64,000 nt of DNA, from contig CM120645.1 of the NCBI GenBank assembly GCA_051362555.1, positions 11,098,001-11,162,000 of the forward strand. Direction: 5' to 3'. Numbering within the stretch: the stretch's first letter is position 1; every line of letters begins with the position of its first letter. The notes beneath the pieces are model-generated. The model ran no database searches, was not told the DNA's origin, and saw nothing but the letters and a program-made list of their open reading frames with translations. Below, piece by piece: positions 1 through 14,077 of this stretch. The position numbers were made by a program, and so were the translations under genes. The DNA is from Lingula anatina (taxonomy: Eukaryota > Animalia > Brachiopoda).

Positions 1-1
1 T

Positions 2-3000
2 GGGATACCTAACGATCAAGACGACGATGACGATGGTGACGGTATTCCCGACAGCCAAGAAAAAGTGAAATTTGACAAAAGCAAAATATTGAAACAGGGA
101 GTGAAGACAAATCCAAAACCTGTCCCTAAAACTAAACAAGCACCAAGTAAACTAAAGAGGCAAATGGTAGACACGAAAAAGGATGCTGATGGCGACGGAA
201 TTCCGGACTGGATGGAAAAAGACACCGACGGAGATGGTATTCCAGATTATCTAGATGACGACGATAAAAACAGAGACACAGATGGAGACGGAATTCCAGA
301 TTATCTAGATGACGACATAGACGGAGATGGGATACCAAACGACCAAGATGACGATGATGACGGAGACGGGATTCCAGACAAACAAGAAAAAGAGTACAAA
401 GTAAAACGTACACAAAACCTTAAAGTTAAAACCCCACCACCTTCTGGAATAGATAAAACAAAAGACACTGATGGCGATGGAATCCCGGATTATTTAGATC
501 AAGATGATGACGGAGACGGTATTCCAGATTTCATGGAGAAGGACTCCGATGGTGACGGTATCCCGGATTATCTAGACACTGACGACAGGGTAAGAGATAC
601 TGATGGAGACGGTATTCCGGATTACTTGGATGATGACGATGACAACGACGGCATCCCGGATGACAAGGATGACGATGCCAATGGTAACGGGATTCCAGAT
701 GAGCTAGAGAAAGACACGGACGGAGATGGGATTCCAGATTACCTAGATGACGATATTGACGGCGACGGAATTCCGAACGATCAAGATGATGATGATGATG
801 GCGACGGCATACCAGACAGTCAGGAGAAAATAAAATTTGACCGTTTTAAAGACACAGACGGAGATGGTATTCCAGATTACTTGGATGATGACATTGATGG
901 CGACGGCATCCCCAACGATCAGGACGACGACGATGACGGAGATGGCATTCCCGACGAACTAGAGAAAGACACGGACGGAGACGGGATTCCAGATTACTTG
1001 GATGATGACATTGATGGCGACGGCATCCCCAACGATCAGGACGACGACGATGACGGAGATGGCATACCAGACCGTCTGGAGAAAAAGCAAAAACAAGTCA
1101 AACCTATCCCAGGAAAGAAACCACCAATCTCCAAAACAAAATTAAAGCCAAAGGTTTCGGTAAAAGATCAGATAGACAAGACTGTTGACACAGATGGCGA
1201 CGGTATCCCAGATTACTTGGATGATGACGATGACAATGACGGGATCCCAGACCATCTTGATGACGATGATAATGGTAACGGAATCCCAGATCACTTGGAG
1301 AAAGACACGGATCATGACGGCATACCGGATTATCTAGACAGCGACGCCAATGGCAACGGTATCCCGGATTACATGGAGAAAGACTCAGATGGAGACGGCA
1401 TACCGGATTACCTGGACACTGATGACAAGGTACGCGACACAGATGGAGATGGGATTCCAGATTACCTCGACCCTGACGACGACAATGACGGGATTCCAGA
1501 CGAGGATGACCCTGATGCCAACGGGAATGGCATCTTGGACATTTACGAGGTGGACACAGACGGAGACGGAATTCCAGATTTCTGGGACGACGATGACGAT
1601 AACGACGGTATTCCTGACATTAAAGATGATGATGCCAACGGAAATGGAATACCTGACAAGCTGGAGAAGGACAGCGACGGCGACGGGATCCCTGACTACC
1701 TGGATGACGATGATGATAATGATGGCATACCGGATGATCAGGACCCGGACGCTAATGGCGACGGAATATTGGACATCTATCAGATAGACACAGACGGTGA
1801 TGGAATTCCAGGTAAGATAAAGTTTATTATGAACTCTCACACTATTGGAATTTACAACGTAAATGGCTAGGGAACATGTATTTATCATAGTCAATAATAT
1901 AAGTAATAGTAATAGTAGTATGTTTCCAATACGTTTCCATCTGAATTGTGCACCGTAAAAGAGTATATGAAATATTCATTGTAATTTCTTAAAATCTTGT
2001 AGAATATTAAACTTTTCGATAAAAAGTTGTTCAAAATGCGTAATTTAATTTGTCTTATCATCATATTGAATTTAAGATATTCTGGACCTTGACGATGACA
2101 ATGATGGCATCCCAGACTTCCAAGATGAAGACGATAACGGTGACGGAATTCCAGACGCCATGCAGAGAGACACAGACGGTGACGGAATTCCGGATTACTT
2201 GGATGAGGACGATGACAATGACGGTATACCAGACAGCGTAGATACAGACGATGATGGCGATGGTATTCCGGATTCAATGGAAGGTCGGCTGAGGGAAAAA
2301 ATTGACAAGACTCTGGATTCTGATGGCGATGGGATCCCTGACTACTTAGACGATGATGACGATAATGACGGTATTCCGGATGACCAGGATGAAGATGCCA
2401 ACGGTAACGGAATTCCAGATATTTTGGAAAAAGACACGGATGGGGACGGGATTCCAGACTATCTGGATGACGACATTGATGGAGATGGGATCCCTAATGA
2501 TGATGACGACGATGCTGATGGAGATGGCGTGCCAGATGCAAAAACTGGAATCAAAATTGACAGACACAAAGACACGGATGGGGACGGTATCCCGGATTAT
2601 CTAGATGACGACGATGACAACGATGGAATTCCTGATTATCTCGATCTAGACGCTAACGGTAACGGTATCCCCGACAGATTAGAGAGGGATAGCGATGGAG
2701 ACGGAATAGCGGACTACCTTGATCCTGACGACGATAACGATGGCATACCGGATGATAAGGATCCTGATGCAAATGGCAATGGGATACTAGATATCTACGA
2801 AATGGACACCGATGGCGATGGAATCCCTGACTATCTGGACCCAGACGATGACAATGACGGAATTCCGGACGAAGAGGACGATGATGCAAATGGTAATGGT
2901 ATCCTGGACATATACGAAAGGGATCTTAATGGTGATGGAATTCCAGATATCCTCCAAAAAGACAGTGACGGGGATGGGATCCCAGACGCGTTGGATGATG

Positions 3001-3512
3001 ACGCTGATGGAGACGGTATTCCAGACAAGTTGGAAAAGGCAGGCAAAGGTGGAAAGCCAGACAAGCTAAAGGACACGGATGGCGATGGCATTCCAGACTA
3101 TCTTGATGATGACGACGATGGCGACGGAATTCCAGACAGTGAAGACGATGATGACGATGGCGACGGAATTCCGGACAAGGACGAAGCTCAGCAACAATGT
3201 GACAAAGATAGCTGCAGCACGATAACCAACAGAAAAGAAAAGTACAGAAGGAAAGATGGCGCCAAAGAAGAAGACGTACCGCAATCTCTAGTTGGAAGAC
3301 TTGTAAATAGTGTCCAAAAGGTGTTCGGTGGCGGTGATACTGAGGACGATGATAAAACCAATGAAAAATCAGAATCGGCAAAGTCGTCTGCTAAAAAGGA
3401 CAAAGACAGTAACGATGACGACAGTGCAGAAGAAATCGACTTAGGCGAACTTATTTCTGCTGCAATTTTTGGCAAAGCAGATAGTAAGAAAGACGAAAAA
3501 CAAAGATCGTAA
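2..3512 (+). CDS. 5'-incomplete giant Asp-rich protein with about 64 DxDGDGIPD (thrombospondin type-3-like Ca2+-binding) repeats; last two coding exons 2..1811 and 2077..3512
   Basis: Frame is open from position 2. A phase-1 intron 1812..2076 (CCA G|GTAAG ... TTTAAG|AT) restores [17 protein letters not shown] in frame with ORF 2160..3512. 13-aa repeat period with Lys/Pro-rich spacers. AATAAA at 3621. Confidence 0.9.
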
Positions 3513-6182
3513 CGTTTAATTACATAAACGTACAAAGTTACTTGTAATTATTTCTCAAAAAGACCAAATATTAATTGAAATAATTTGAATAGCTGCCACC
3601 ACCACGTAAGGTATATTAAAAATAAAGATAAAGGTTAACGTTATTAGAAGAGAACAGTTCTTCAACTTATTCAGTGGCACGTTACATGAAACAAATATTG
3701 CTCTGTGAATTTCAGACAGCCTTGACCTGTTTTATTTGACACGGGGTGAATTAGTTGGCGTCTGTTTAAAGTAAGCATCTAGGTTTACTTCAAAGGAGAA
3801 TAGGGCAGAACTACACCCCAAACTGTCTGTCTGCTTATTGAAATTAGGCCCTAGAAGAGCAATACAGGTATTTTGCGAAACAACTCTTTGAGGTTGGGTG
3901 AACATTAAGATATTTATTAGCATTAAGATATAAGGAAACGTGAAGGTATTTGTTGACGTTAACATGAAACCAGAATTGTTAATAGTGATAATTTATAACT
4001 GTATTCTAAGTTTTTAGAACTTAACAACTGCATAAGTCGCATCGAAAACGCGGTGAAAATCCCGTAGTGATAGAATATATTGCGTCGGTCTTTAGAGGCT
4101 TATTTTATAGACGTGAGAATGTTAGACTTGCTAGTCCTTTTAAGGCATGCAGTATATTGTATTGGGTATGTACATGCTTCTAAATTATGTTTTTTCCAGT
4201 GGATTTCAAAGTAATTTTTGCATATTGTTGTTGGAATAAAAGGTCGCGTCTAGCACCGTTTAAGTCAAATCTGATCACCGAGTAGCGCAAAAAAGTTCAT
4301 GATTTGTTGACATCAATCCACGAACTCATGTCCTAGTCAGATTGGCAGTACCATTGAGGAAGGGCTACGTGAAAAGTGGCTCTCCTTTCAGACCCGCTCC
4401 TGCAGTTTCAACTTACCTGAAACGGTGTTTGAAACGGCCGAATGTGAACTTAAAGTGCAGAAGTTTAGATGACATAGTTCAAGTTAACTGTCGCTCAATA
4501 AAATGTAATTAGCCATTTTAGCTTTTTTTTTTTTTATTCAGCATGAATTGGTCTGATGGCGGCGCTGTTAAAGGTTTGTTTTTATTATGGGATATCTATT
4601 TTTAAGATATGTAAATATTCAAAGCAGATTTGATGTCGGGTTGTTAAGCATACATCGAGAAATAATTACATGCAAAACTTACTGTAGGGCTAAGTTTTTA
4701 TCAGACGACTGCGATGTTGTCAGGACTTACATTTATATCATTTAAGAATCACTATGTCATTTTTTGCGCAACATTCTTAGGCATTTTGCCTGTGCCCAAC
4801 ATAACATCCAAAATTAAAGATGAACCTTCATCTTTTTATAGAGATTATAAATGTGTTATTAAACTTTGTGAACTAAAAAACCGTAAATACAGTTTGAGTT
4901 GTATATATGGTTACCCTATAAATTATTCACTACAACATATACACATATATAAGTAGACTAATTGTATCCTGCTTGGGTATACTTCAGCCTACTTAACATT
5001 TAGATCCATCTATACCAATATCTATATATATTGTGAACTTTTATACACTAACGGGCGCAAAATATTTAACGAGTCAAGACGTTAACTGATAAATAAGATG
5101 TTATTTGCCTTTTATCATTATTATTATTATCATTATTATTGTTGTTGTTGTTGTCCATTTAAATTTAAATCCATCTACAGGCATATTTGATTAAAATATG
5201 AATACTAGTTTAAGTAATGCTTACAGATTAGAAGTCAATTTATAGTATACAATATCCAATAAGCTTATAAGAAGACTCAAATGGACATCGATAGCAGTCC
5301 AGTTTTCCTTAGGCTAGGCCCAACACTTTATTTGTTAATAAAAATTAAGTAAAATGGATGTTGTCGTAGGGTTTTTACAAGAGATGTCTCTATATGTCCT
5401 TGGTTATTTTCTGGTGAGGATTGAATAGCTTATGGGGACGACTCGTTGTTAGTGGCGGAGTGCAATATACAAACTAATAAATTAAGGCATTTGTCACTTT
5501 ATTGTCGACTACTGTAGTATCGAATCAACATCATGTTCTTTTCTACTTTGTAAGAAAGCAAATAGCGGTAGTATGTTGAAAAATATTATGATATAGAATT
5601 GTTATAGAGGTTGTGATATTACTTTCAGGAAGATCGTTTTTTTTTTCATGGCGTCCTTCCAATCGATAATACCTACTTTACAGAAAAAATAAACAATTGC
5701 TAAAAGCATCTATTTACAATTGTACGTGTCACAATATTTGCTTTGGACGGATAAGGCATTCGTCAATAGTATGCAAGGATGCATATTTTGCACTTAAAAC
5801 GTTAACTTAAGATGAAAACGCCGTTGGTTTTATTTTGATAGGTGTTTAGCTGGCCTCTAATTAAACCAACGGCCTTAAAAAGTCCTTATGTGGCCCAAGG
5901 TTTGTTGAGACCTCGACAATACACATAGCCGGGTGACCGAGAGTTATGAGGACACACGTACGTTTATTGACCGTCTTTATTGACTGGGCCTTTATACAAG
6001 TGAAAGAAGTAGGCCATACTCACATAGGCCTATATAGCTAGTACATGTGCATGTCCCAAAGGGGTGTGCCTCTTAGTTACTACGAATTTGACTTCGCTTC
6101 TTTGTGGTAGTATGTTGAAGAATGCGATGGCGTTGTGTTGACAACCAACAGTAGTAGACAAGATCCGAGATCTAGATATACT

Positions 6183-7354
6183 ATGAGGGTAAAGTTGTCT
6201 TATTTTTACGCCCTCATCTTCACAGCATCAGCCATTTCGATATACGTTGCGTTTTGGGGGGCAAAGCACTTAAATGAAGCAAGTATACAAGCTAGCTTAT
6301 CGCCATCGTATAACGACTTTGACATTTCTTGAGAAAAAATTATATTATATTGGGGAAGTACGATACCCAAGAGGTGTGACTATTTTACCTTTACCAAGAC
6401 AGGACCGTCGTTCGAAGATCTGAACTGTCCGGTGAACAACTGTGTCTGGATGGATGATAAAACAAAGGTGAAAGAAGCCGACGCGGTTCTCTTTTTTGAC
6501 CACTGTCTAGGAGAGGTGAAACCCCCGGAGAGAAACCCTCGGGGTCGTTGGGTTTTAGTTGACCACGAGAGTCCCTGTAACAGCTTCAGATATTTGGACA
6601 AGTGGCACGGCCTCTTCAACTGGACAATGACATACACCAAGGACGGACAGCGACATTTTTTCTCCAAGTCTCCACTTTGTCAACTTGCCCAATCATGGAG
6701 ACTACCCATTATTATCCAGAGAACGGTCGCTATCCATTACCAGGGGGAAATCAAAACTGGTGGCTTGGATGGTGAGTCATTGCACCACTCACAGCAGACG
6801 AGAAGAATACGTTAAAGAGTTACAGAAATACATCCCGGTCGACGTGTACGGGAAGTGTGGTCCCCTTGTGTGCAAGAAAGGTGACACGCGCTGTTCAGGA
6901 GTCACTCAACAACGACTACAAATTTTATCTGGCGTTTGAAAACAGTTTAGCGAAAGATTACGTATCAGAAAAATTTTATACAAGGCTACATTTAAACATT
7001 ATGCTTATTACTCGCTCCGGAGCAAATTTCAGCAGACTTGGGATCCCAGACGCATTGCACATAGACACTCGGGATTTCAAATCCCCAAAAGATCTGGCAG
7101 AGTATCTCAAGCGTCTTGATAAAGATGATGAGAGCTACGCTGCCTTATTGAGAGCAAAAGCAAACCATAGGTATAAGATTCTTAACTCGAGGTATAGTTA
7201 CTGTGACTTATGTAAAAAGCTGAATGATCCTAATGAGCCGAGAAAGAGTTACAGTGCGGCAGAGATACGAAAGCAACATGGCTTCTGTGTGCCACCACAC
7301 AACCTCCGACCCGCACGAGGTAGAAGTAGACAACCGCGAGGTAGACACGCATGA
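6183..7354 (+). pseudogene. GT10 alpha-1,3-fucosyltransferase pseudogene (copy 1)
   Basis: N-terminal TM segment, HESP, FNWTMTY, VAWMVSHC and YKFYLAFENS..DYVSEK motifs are split over several frames. Premature TGA 6330-6332 (CGA in copy 2), 4-bp GGAC duplication near 6641-6648, and a further frameshift near 6898. Confidence 0.9.
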
Positions 7355-8714
7355 ATTTGACAAATTAACTGTATAAAACAAATTTACTATGAATGAAATA
7401 TTTTCATTCTTTATATTCTGTTTTAAGCTAACATTCCCCTTATAGAGTGAGCCACAGGCATTTTTTGTATTCCTGGAGTTTGGACTAGAACAGGTCAGTC
7501 ATTTTACTTACGACAATAATTACTCCGGTAGTCTACCTAATTGCTGTCTGTAAAATATGCAGTCCATACATTTCAGTGGGAATGATTAACAAGCAAGCAC
7601 ATCAAGGTTTGAATAATAATTTATTGGACAACCAACACATAGCCGACCTTAAGTTTTATTGTTTGTAATATGTTTGATAACAGACCATAAAAGAATTGAA
7701 TCATGTATTTTTTTTTTTTTTTAGTAAAGAGCCATACGAAAAATCGAGTAAAATTTCTAAGATGAGGTGAAATATTAAGTACTTGTACAATACATCACAA
7801 TTATATGGAGTTTTAACTTTAAAAAGATTAAAGGAACTTAGATGTTTAGCTCTTTTCTACGACCATAGCGATGCAAGTTTCATGGTCACACAAAGGACGC
7901 AGAAAGGCCACCGCCCAGTGTACAGGGGATTTAAGACCCTAATTTGTGTAAAAACGTTTGTGGTGACAACAAAAATAACTACTATCGATCTGGATAATTT
8001 TTCAAAAAGAGGTGTGGGTCTCAATTCAAAAGCGATTGATTTTTCTCTAACTCGTCACCATTTCATAGTAGGCTTTATGTAGCTTAACCCAGTTCGCTTT
8101 CAGTTTTTGGAATGAATCAATTGTAGTAGCTATAGTGCGTATTTACTCCAAAGAGACTCTTGCTGAATGCAACCAGATTAACAGATTAACACGCCTCCTT
8201 TTTTTTCCAACGTACTCGTATAATCCCCAGCATTCTGTATTGTACTCAACGCCGGGAGGAGGCGTCTTTATCTCTTTTAATCTGACTGCATTCAGCGTGA
8301 GTTCCCGTGGAGTTACTGCCCACTATAGCTGGTACGATATGTCATTTATACTGTACCGGTAAAAAGAGGAATAATATGGATATTGGATAATAGGCCTTTC
8401 TGTACCGGTATACTTCGGAATACCCTGGAAACGTTTGAAATACAGTACCTTGACGTACGTTGAAATGCATTGGAATACTTGAAAGTTCTAAACCATTAGG
8501 CCTACCATATCGTTCACTGGTTCCTCGTACAATATACTCTATTCATACCCTAACGGCGGTATCACATGGTCAACAGGTCACCTGCTAACATGACAACTAC
8601 TCAGGCAGCACCAACTGCTATTCCTTCTTTTCCCGGTCGCATGCTGCACAATTAGATGACGCTGTGTTGAGAATGTTAGCTGGTGCTGGTTACCAAAAGA
8701 TAGGTAGAAACAAC

Positions 8715-9894
8715 ATGCCGTATACGCCTACTACTGGGCTAAAGTCGTCGCTTTTTTGCCCTTTTGTCGTCTCAGCATTATTTATTTTACTATACATAGG
8801 ACTGGGCAGCGTGTATCTATGGGCCGCACGTCCTACGTTCTCCAACTTGAGACACTCAGTAGAAACAAGAGATATACTTCGGAGGGCATCGTCATTGAGC
8901 AGCAAAATTGACGTTTCTCGAAAAAAATTAATATTATATTGGGGAAGTTCAATGCCCAACACGTGTGACTATTTTAGACTAATTAAACCAGATCCGACGT
9001 TCGAGGATCTGAACTGTCCGGTGAATAATTGTGCTTGGACGGAAGATAAAACAAAGATAAAAGAAGCCGATGCGGTCCTATTTATTGACTACTGCCTGTC
9101 AGAGCCGCCTCCCCAGGGGAGAAACCCTCGAGGTCGTTGGGTGTATGTTTGCCACGAGAGCCCGTGTAATAGCTTATGGAGTTTACACAAGTGGAATGGT
9201 CTCTTCAACTGGACGATGACCTACACTAAGGTAAGCGACATCTACAGTCCGTATGCACGTCTCGTACATAACGAAAGGGGCAGCTCTGTCTCTGTGTTAT
9301 CCAAAGAACGGTCGTTATTAATTGCTAAGAAAAAAATCAAAACTGGTAGCTTGGATGGCTAGTCACTGCCCCACTAGCAGCAGACGAGAAGAATACGTGG
9401 AACAGTTACAGAAATACATCCCAGTCGATGTATACGGGAAGTGTGGTCCCCTTGTATGTGAGCGTAATGACACTCGTTGCTCTGAGTTACTCAACAACGA
9501 CTACAAGTTTTACTTAGCATTCGAAAATGGTCTTTCAAAGGATTACGTAACAGAGAAATTCTTTAATATGATTCCATTGAATGTAATCCCGATTACTCGG
9601 TCTGGGGCAAATTTTAGTCGACTTGGAATTCCATCAGTACTGCACTTAGACACTCGGGATTTCAAATCTCCAAAAGATCTGGCAGAGTATCTCAAACGTC
9701 TTGATCAAGATGATGAGAGCTACGCCGCCTTACTGAGAGCAAAAGTGAAGTACAGGAATCAGATTGTCCAACCTTGGAACAGTTACTTTGACTTATGTAA
9801 AAAGATGAATGACCCTAATGAGCCGAGAAAGAGTTATAGTGCTGAAGAAATACGAAAGCAGCATGGCCCATGCCTGCTGCCAAATGACCTTTGA
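8715..9894 (+). pseudogene. GT10 alpha-1,3-fucosyltransferase (copy 2) with a single +1 frameshift in an A7 run; pseudogene or assembly error
   Basis: ORFs 8664..9362 and 9322..9894 join into a full-length enzyme if one A is removed from 9330-9336 (AAG AAA AAA TCA AAA CTG). Alternative in-frame ATG at 8673. Confidence 0.8.
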
Positions 9895-10812
9895 CACACA
9901 CATTAGTTAGACAAGCACGAGGTAGATCCGTACGAGGAAGACCAAATTAACTATGAATGATGTGTTTTTTCCTTCTTGTTTTACTGTTCAGAAATAGCAT
10001 TTTTGTAAGTCGCCCTACGTGTAGTGTTTGTATTGCAAAGTTAGGCCTACTAGTAAGGTCAGGTCAAGATCAGGATTTAAATATCCCATGTAAAAGATGG
10101 ATGTTATAGATTTCTGTGATTTAAGTGAGATTATGCCAAATCACTGAAAAATGTTGAACAACCATGGACCACATGAACAACCATGCAACAAATAGTGCGG
10201 AAAGTAGTTTTTCCTTTTTTGAGGTAAAAAAAGCACAACAATAAAATAAATTTTCTACTTCTAAAAACAGTGCTCTTTTCGGAATCAAAATTTCAAATTT
10301 ACATAATACGTGTACCTACGCACATACAAATACTGGCATTACATAATATAATATTAGAAATGTGCAAAACGGTCAGGTGAAGTTACTGGGTATGTGACAG
10401 CTATGTACTGACACGGTGTAAACGACATACATGAATGTACGGGATTGACGGGAGATTGATAACTCAGATTCAAAATGAAAGACTGTCAATATTCTTGAAA
10501 ATTTCCGGAAGCCGGTAGGAGACAGTGTTGATCGATACCTGTACTTGGACAAGTAACATCCAATATTTATACCACTTCAGGTCTAAATGCCATCTTAGTA
10601 CACGATAATGTAGTTTAAATTTATACTATACGTGTTATAGAACGTCCCAAAGCCGTAATTTTTATGTCTTCATGGCCTATAAAATAACATACTAATCTTT
10701 TTTTAATGGGGAACACCCGCTTTAAGGGTCTGCCGCTAGATGGCGTGGGGGTGAAAGCAGTCCTTCTAAAATCTCGCAGAATCTCGCTCACGGCTTTACA
10801 CCAGAGTTTAAC

Positions 10813-12014
10813 ATGGAGCGTGTGCACGCGTCGCTGACAGTGAACCAACTCAAACGCAATTTACTTGAATGTGGTGCCATAACATCTGGATGAAAATGTG
10901 AATTGACTGGAAGGTATGTGTTTTCTTTTCATTTAGTGCTTGAAAAACACAAATGCTAACTATTTTCCTTGAAAAAATCAAAAATTAGTCGAGGTGTGTG
11001 TGTCAAATCTGACATGTTATGTACATGTAGACTACTGTAGGTACGAGTAGGCCTACGCTCATATTTTGTTTTAGTAGCACGAAAGATTTTTATACTTAGT
11101 AAATGTACTTATTTATTTTCTTTATAAGGTTACCCAAAGAAGGCCCATATATCGGGGGCAAAGCCTGAAACTGTCGATTTCAGGACCCCAGGACAGCCAA
11201 CTTCAAGAGCAGGATAAAATGATTACTTCAGGAATCTTACCTATCACTTCACATCAGCGGCAAAGATTGATGTAGCCACCAGTAATGCCTACCCTAAAGC
11301 TGACTTACAGGCGGCTGTGATGGACAACAACTATTGCCAAGTGCCATGAAAAGAATAAAGCATGGATAGAGGGAATGATGTAAGTGAAAACAGAGGTCTA
11401 CTATTAAGAATCGGGCCCAAGTATGAGAAAGAATTATCAAACTAGGTGATAGGTGACATCATAGAATTATAATATTGTATCTAAACTAATCTAAATTGTA
11501 TCTATTTAATGCTGTAACCATCTACCATGCTTTAATGGGATATGAATATTTCAGGTTGAGGAACAAACAGCGAAGGACACTGAGTAAGCAAGTTATAACA
11601 AGGAAAGAGCGCAATCTGACACAAGGAGAGACAATGGCGGATCACTGCCTCAAGATTTGGAGAGATAATTGCAGCTACAGAGAAGAAGTATATAAACAAA
11701 CTGTATGAATCATTGTTGTGTCCAAAACCATTGCAGACACATGACAGTTGGACCCGGACCTGATTTCCCCTTTTGGAATGTGTATCTCGTGCACAAATCT
11801 GGGCCTAAAGAAAACCTGCAAATACTTTACTCAGTTAGAAGGCCAGATGTTCATTACGAATCGCCCATTCTGCTATTTTGTTATGTTTACATTCAAAGAT
11901 CTGTTTGTGGGGTTGATTCATTCTGACACTGGATATTTTTCTACATGTATTTTGCCGAGGATAACTTTTTTTAATGAAAAACACTATAGGAAGTACGTGT
12001 CAGCTAGTTTATAG
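10813..12014 (+). mobile_element. Decayed SAP + YqaJ-like (PD-(D/E)XK exonuclease) gene relic, probably the accessory ORF of an ISL2EU-type or related DNA transposon
   Basis: 10813-10913 reads MERVHASLTVNQLKRNLLECGAITSG*KCELTGR (SAP pattern, followed by a GT donor). 11638-11667 reads RITASRFGEI. 11800-12011 reads LKKTCKYFTQLEGQMFITNRPFCYFVMFTFKDLFV, matching eukaryotic YqaJ motifs. Stops and frameshifts are present; termini not identified. Confidence 0.7.
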
Positions 12015-12254
12015 AAAGTACCCCTGTATGAGATGGTTTTATCTGCAATCACAATTTTGAAGTGTCATTTAAAAAAAAAAGTTTTAACTAAAATGAAATA
12101 ATTTGGTGGTGCTATATTCTTTACAAAAAGTACTTATGTGTTTATGCAGTTTTTAATAATATTTAACTGTAATGAGAAAAAAATTATGATGCTATTTTGT
12201 AAAGTATTTTTAGTGGGATGAAATAATTTGATAGTTGTATTTACAGCAAATAAT

Positions 12255-12855
12255 TCGTTTTTTCTGCTTTTAAAAGAATTTTCAAAGTGCTGACATAATG
12301 TGGTGGTTCTATTCAAGTAAAATAATTCATAAGTACTATTTTGTAAAAAGGAACAAAAAAACTGTTCATTTGTAAAATGTTTGCTTTCTTTAATTTTTAT
12401 TTCTTAAACTGTTACAAAAAGTTTTCCATACCTACAGTAATCCATTGCCTAAGAAATCGCAGCTATATAATCAGGAAAGTTATAGCACAAATAAATTATC
12501 TAAGTATTACATGGTTTCATGGTTTTTACTATGGACTGAATAATTATTTTGTTTAAATAAAACATTTGGTTTTGCTGCTTTTTAATGAATTTTCAGAGCA
12601 ATGAAATAATATGGTGTTCCTACTCAAGTAAAACAATTCAGAAGTGCTATTTTGTAAAAAAAAGAATAAAAACTGTTCATTTATAAAATGTTTTCTTTCT
12701 TTAAATTTTATTTCTTAAACTGTTACAAAAAATTTCCAAACATGCATTATTCCATTGGCTGAGAAATTGCATCTATACATGTACAAATAAATTATCTAAC
12801 TATACCTAGTTTTATGATTCTTACGATGTACTGAATAATTTTTTTAAATAAAAAT
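12255..12855. repeat. Two diverged tandem AT-rich units of about 300 bp
   Basis: About 12255-12562 aligns by eye with about 12565-12855 (e.g. actgttcattt.taaaatgttt.ctttcttta..ttttatttcttaaactgttacaaaaa in both). Confidence 0.8.
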
Positions 12856-14077
12856 AATTATTTAATTAACATTACCGGTCATGCTCAATACATCAATAAA
12901 AAAGGATATTACTTAATAACACAACCTTATGCGGGTAGAAGGCTACCGGCACTTATGTATATTTACTGACAACTCTTCTGAAATTACGGACATAAGAAGA
13001 AAACGCACTTTGATAAATCGTACTTCCTAGGGGCACTTTCTTGCTATGGAGCTCTCTTTCCAAAACTTTATAAGTTTTTCCAAGATCAATTAACCTTTCT
13101 ACGTGTATTCTTTTTGAGGCAACTCGTCTATCTTTAGGGGCCTAATTACTGTGCCTGGGTCAAGTTGTAACTGTCCTTTTAACATGGAAGGTGTGTTGAC
13201 ATGGGCAACCCTTCACTTCAAACGAAGCCCTGAATCCTCAGGAAAATTATGCCCACCTTGCCGACTTTGACATTCAGGTACACAACAATACTGAGGCATG
13301 TTTATTAAGGCCAGTGCCACAGTCCAACGTATATGATATCCAACATGGCGACTGTGGAAGGACTGAATTCACACTAGCGACACCTGGCGCCAAGCGGGCT
13401 GGTATACCTCATTTAGACCTTAAAAGCAATAAAGCACCTCAAATAAAGGTACCTAATGCTTATACATCCTTCTGAGATGTGAATTAAGAAATGGCGGTCT
13501 GAATATATTACTGTCTGATCAGACACTTGGAAATTAAAAAAAAATGGAAAAAACATCAAATCCAAGCGCTGGGTCAGGTCGAGTAATGATTCATCAGTAG
13601 GAGAATATTGTTTTTTTTTTGTTTTTTTTTTGAGTGTGAAAAATTCGATTTACCTCTGATGTTTATTAAGACATCAATTTAAACATAACCACCTTGTCAC
13701 TGATTGAATTAGTTTAGTGTTGCTGAACCTGTAGCCATCAGTGTAATATGGGCCACGTGCGATTAATCATTTTGTATGGCTTAATTATGCTACACGCAAC
13801 TTCAGCATGTTATTCACAAGGGAATACTATCATGTGTCACATTCATGTGTCACATTGGACAGGTCTGCTAACAGGGTCAGCAGTTGTGTGTAGTTACCTA
13901 ACTGATAAAAGAGATAAGCCGTCAGCCATACTGTAGATAATCATACTTATGATACTTTAAACTGCCTGCCGTTGCTGAATAAGGGCGCTCTAGAGCCTGG
14001 GCGCTTGCTTGCTTCTCTTTCATGAGTGTTCATTGGCATAAGTGGAGGACAGCAAGAGGGAGAACTTTGTGAAGAAT

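Noticed and set aside
16-3535. Many overlapping alternative-frame and antisense ORFs (His/Arg-rich, Thr/Met-rich, Ile/Val-rich)
   Set aside because: Shadows of the repetitive Asp/Gly-rich coding frame.
10085-13187. Possible TIR pair CCATGTAAAAG / CTTTTAACATGG around the YqaJ relic
   Set aside because: Short, gapped and AT-rich, with no TSD identified; could be chance.
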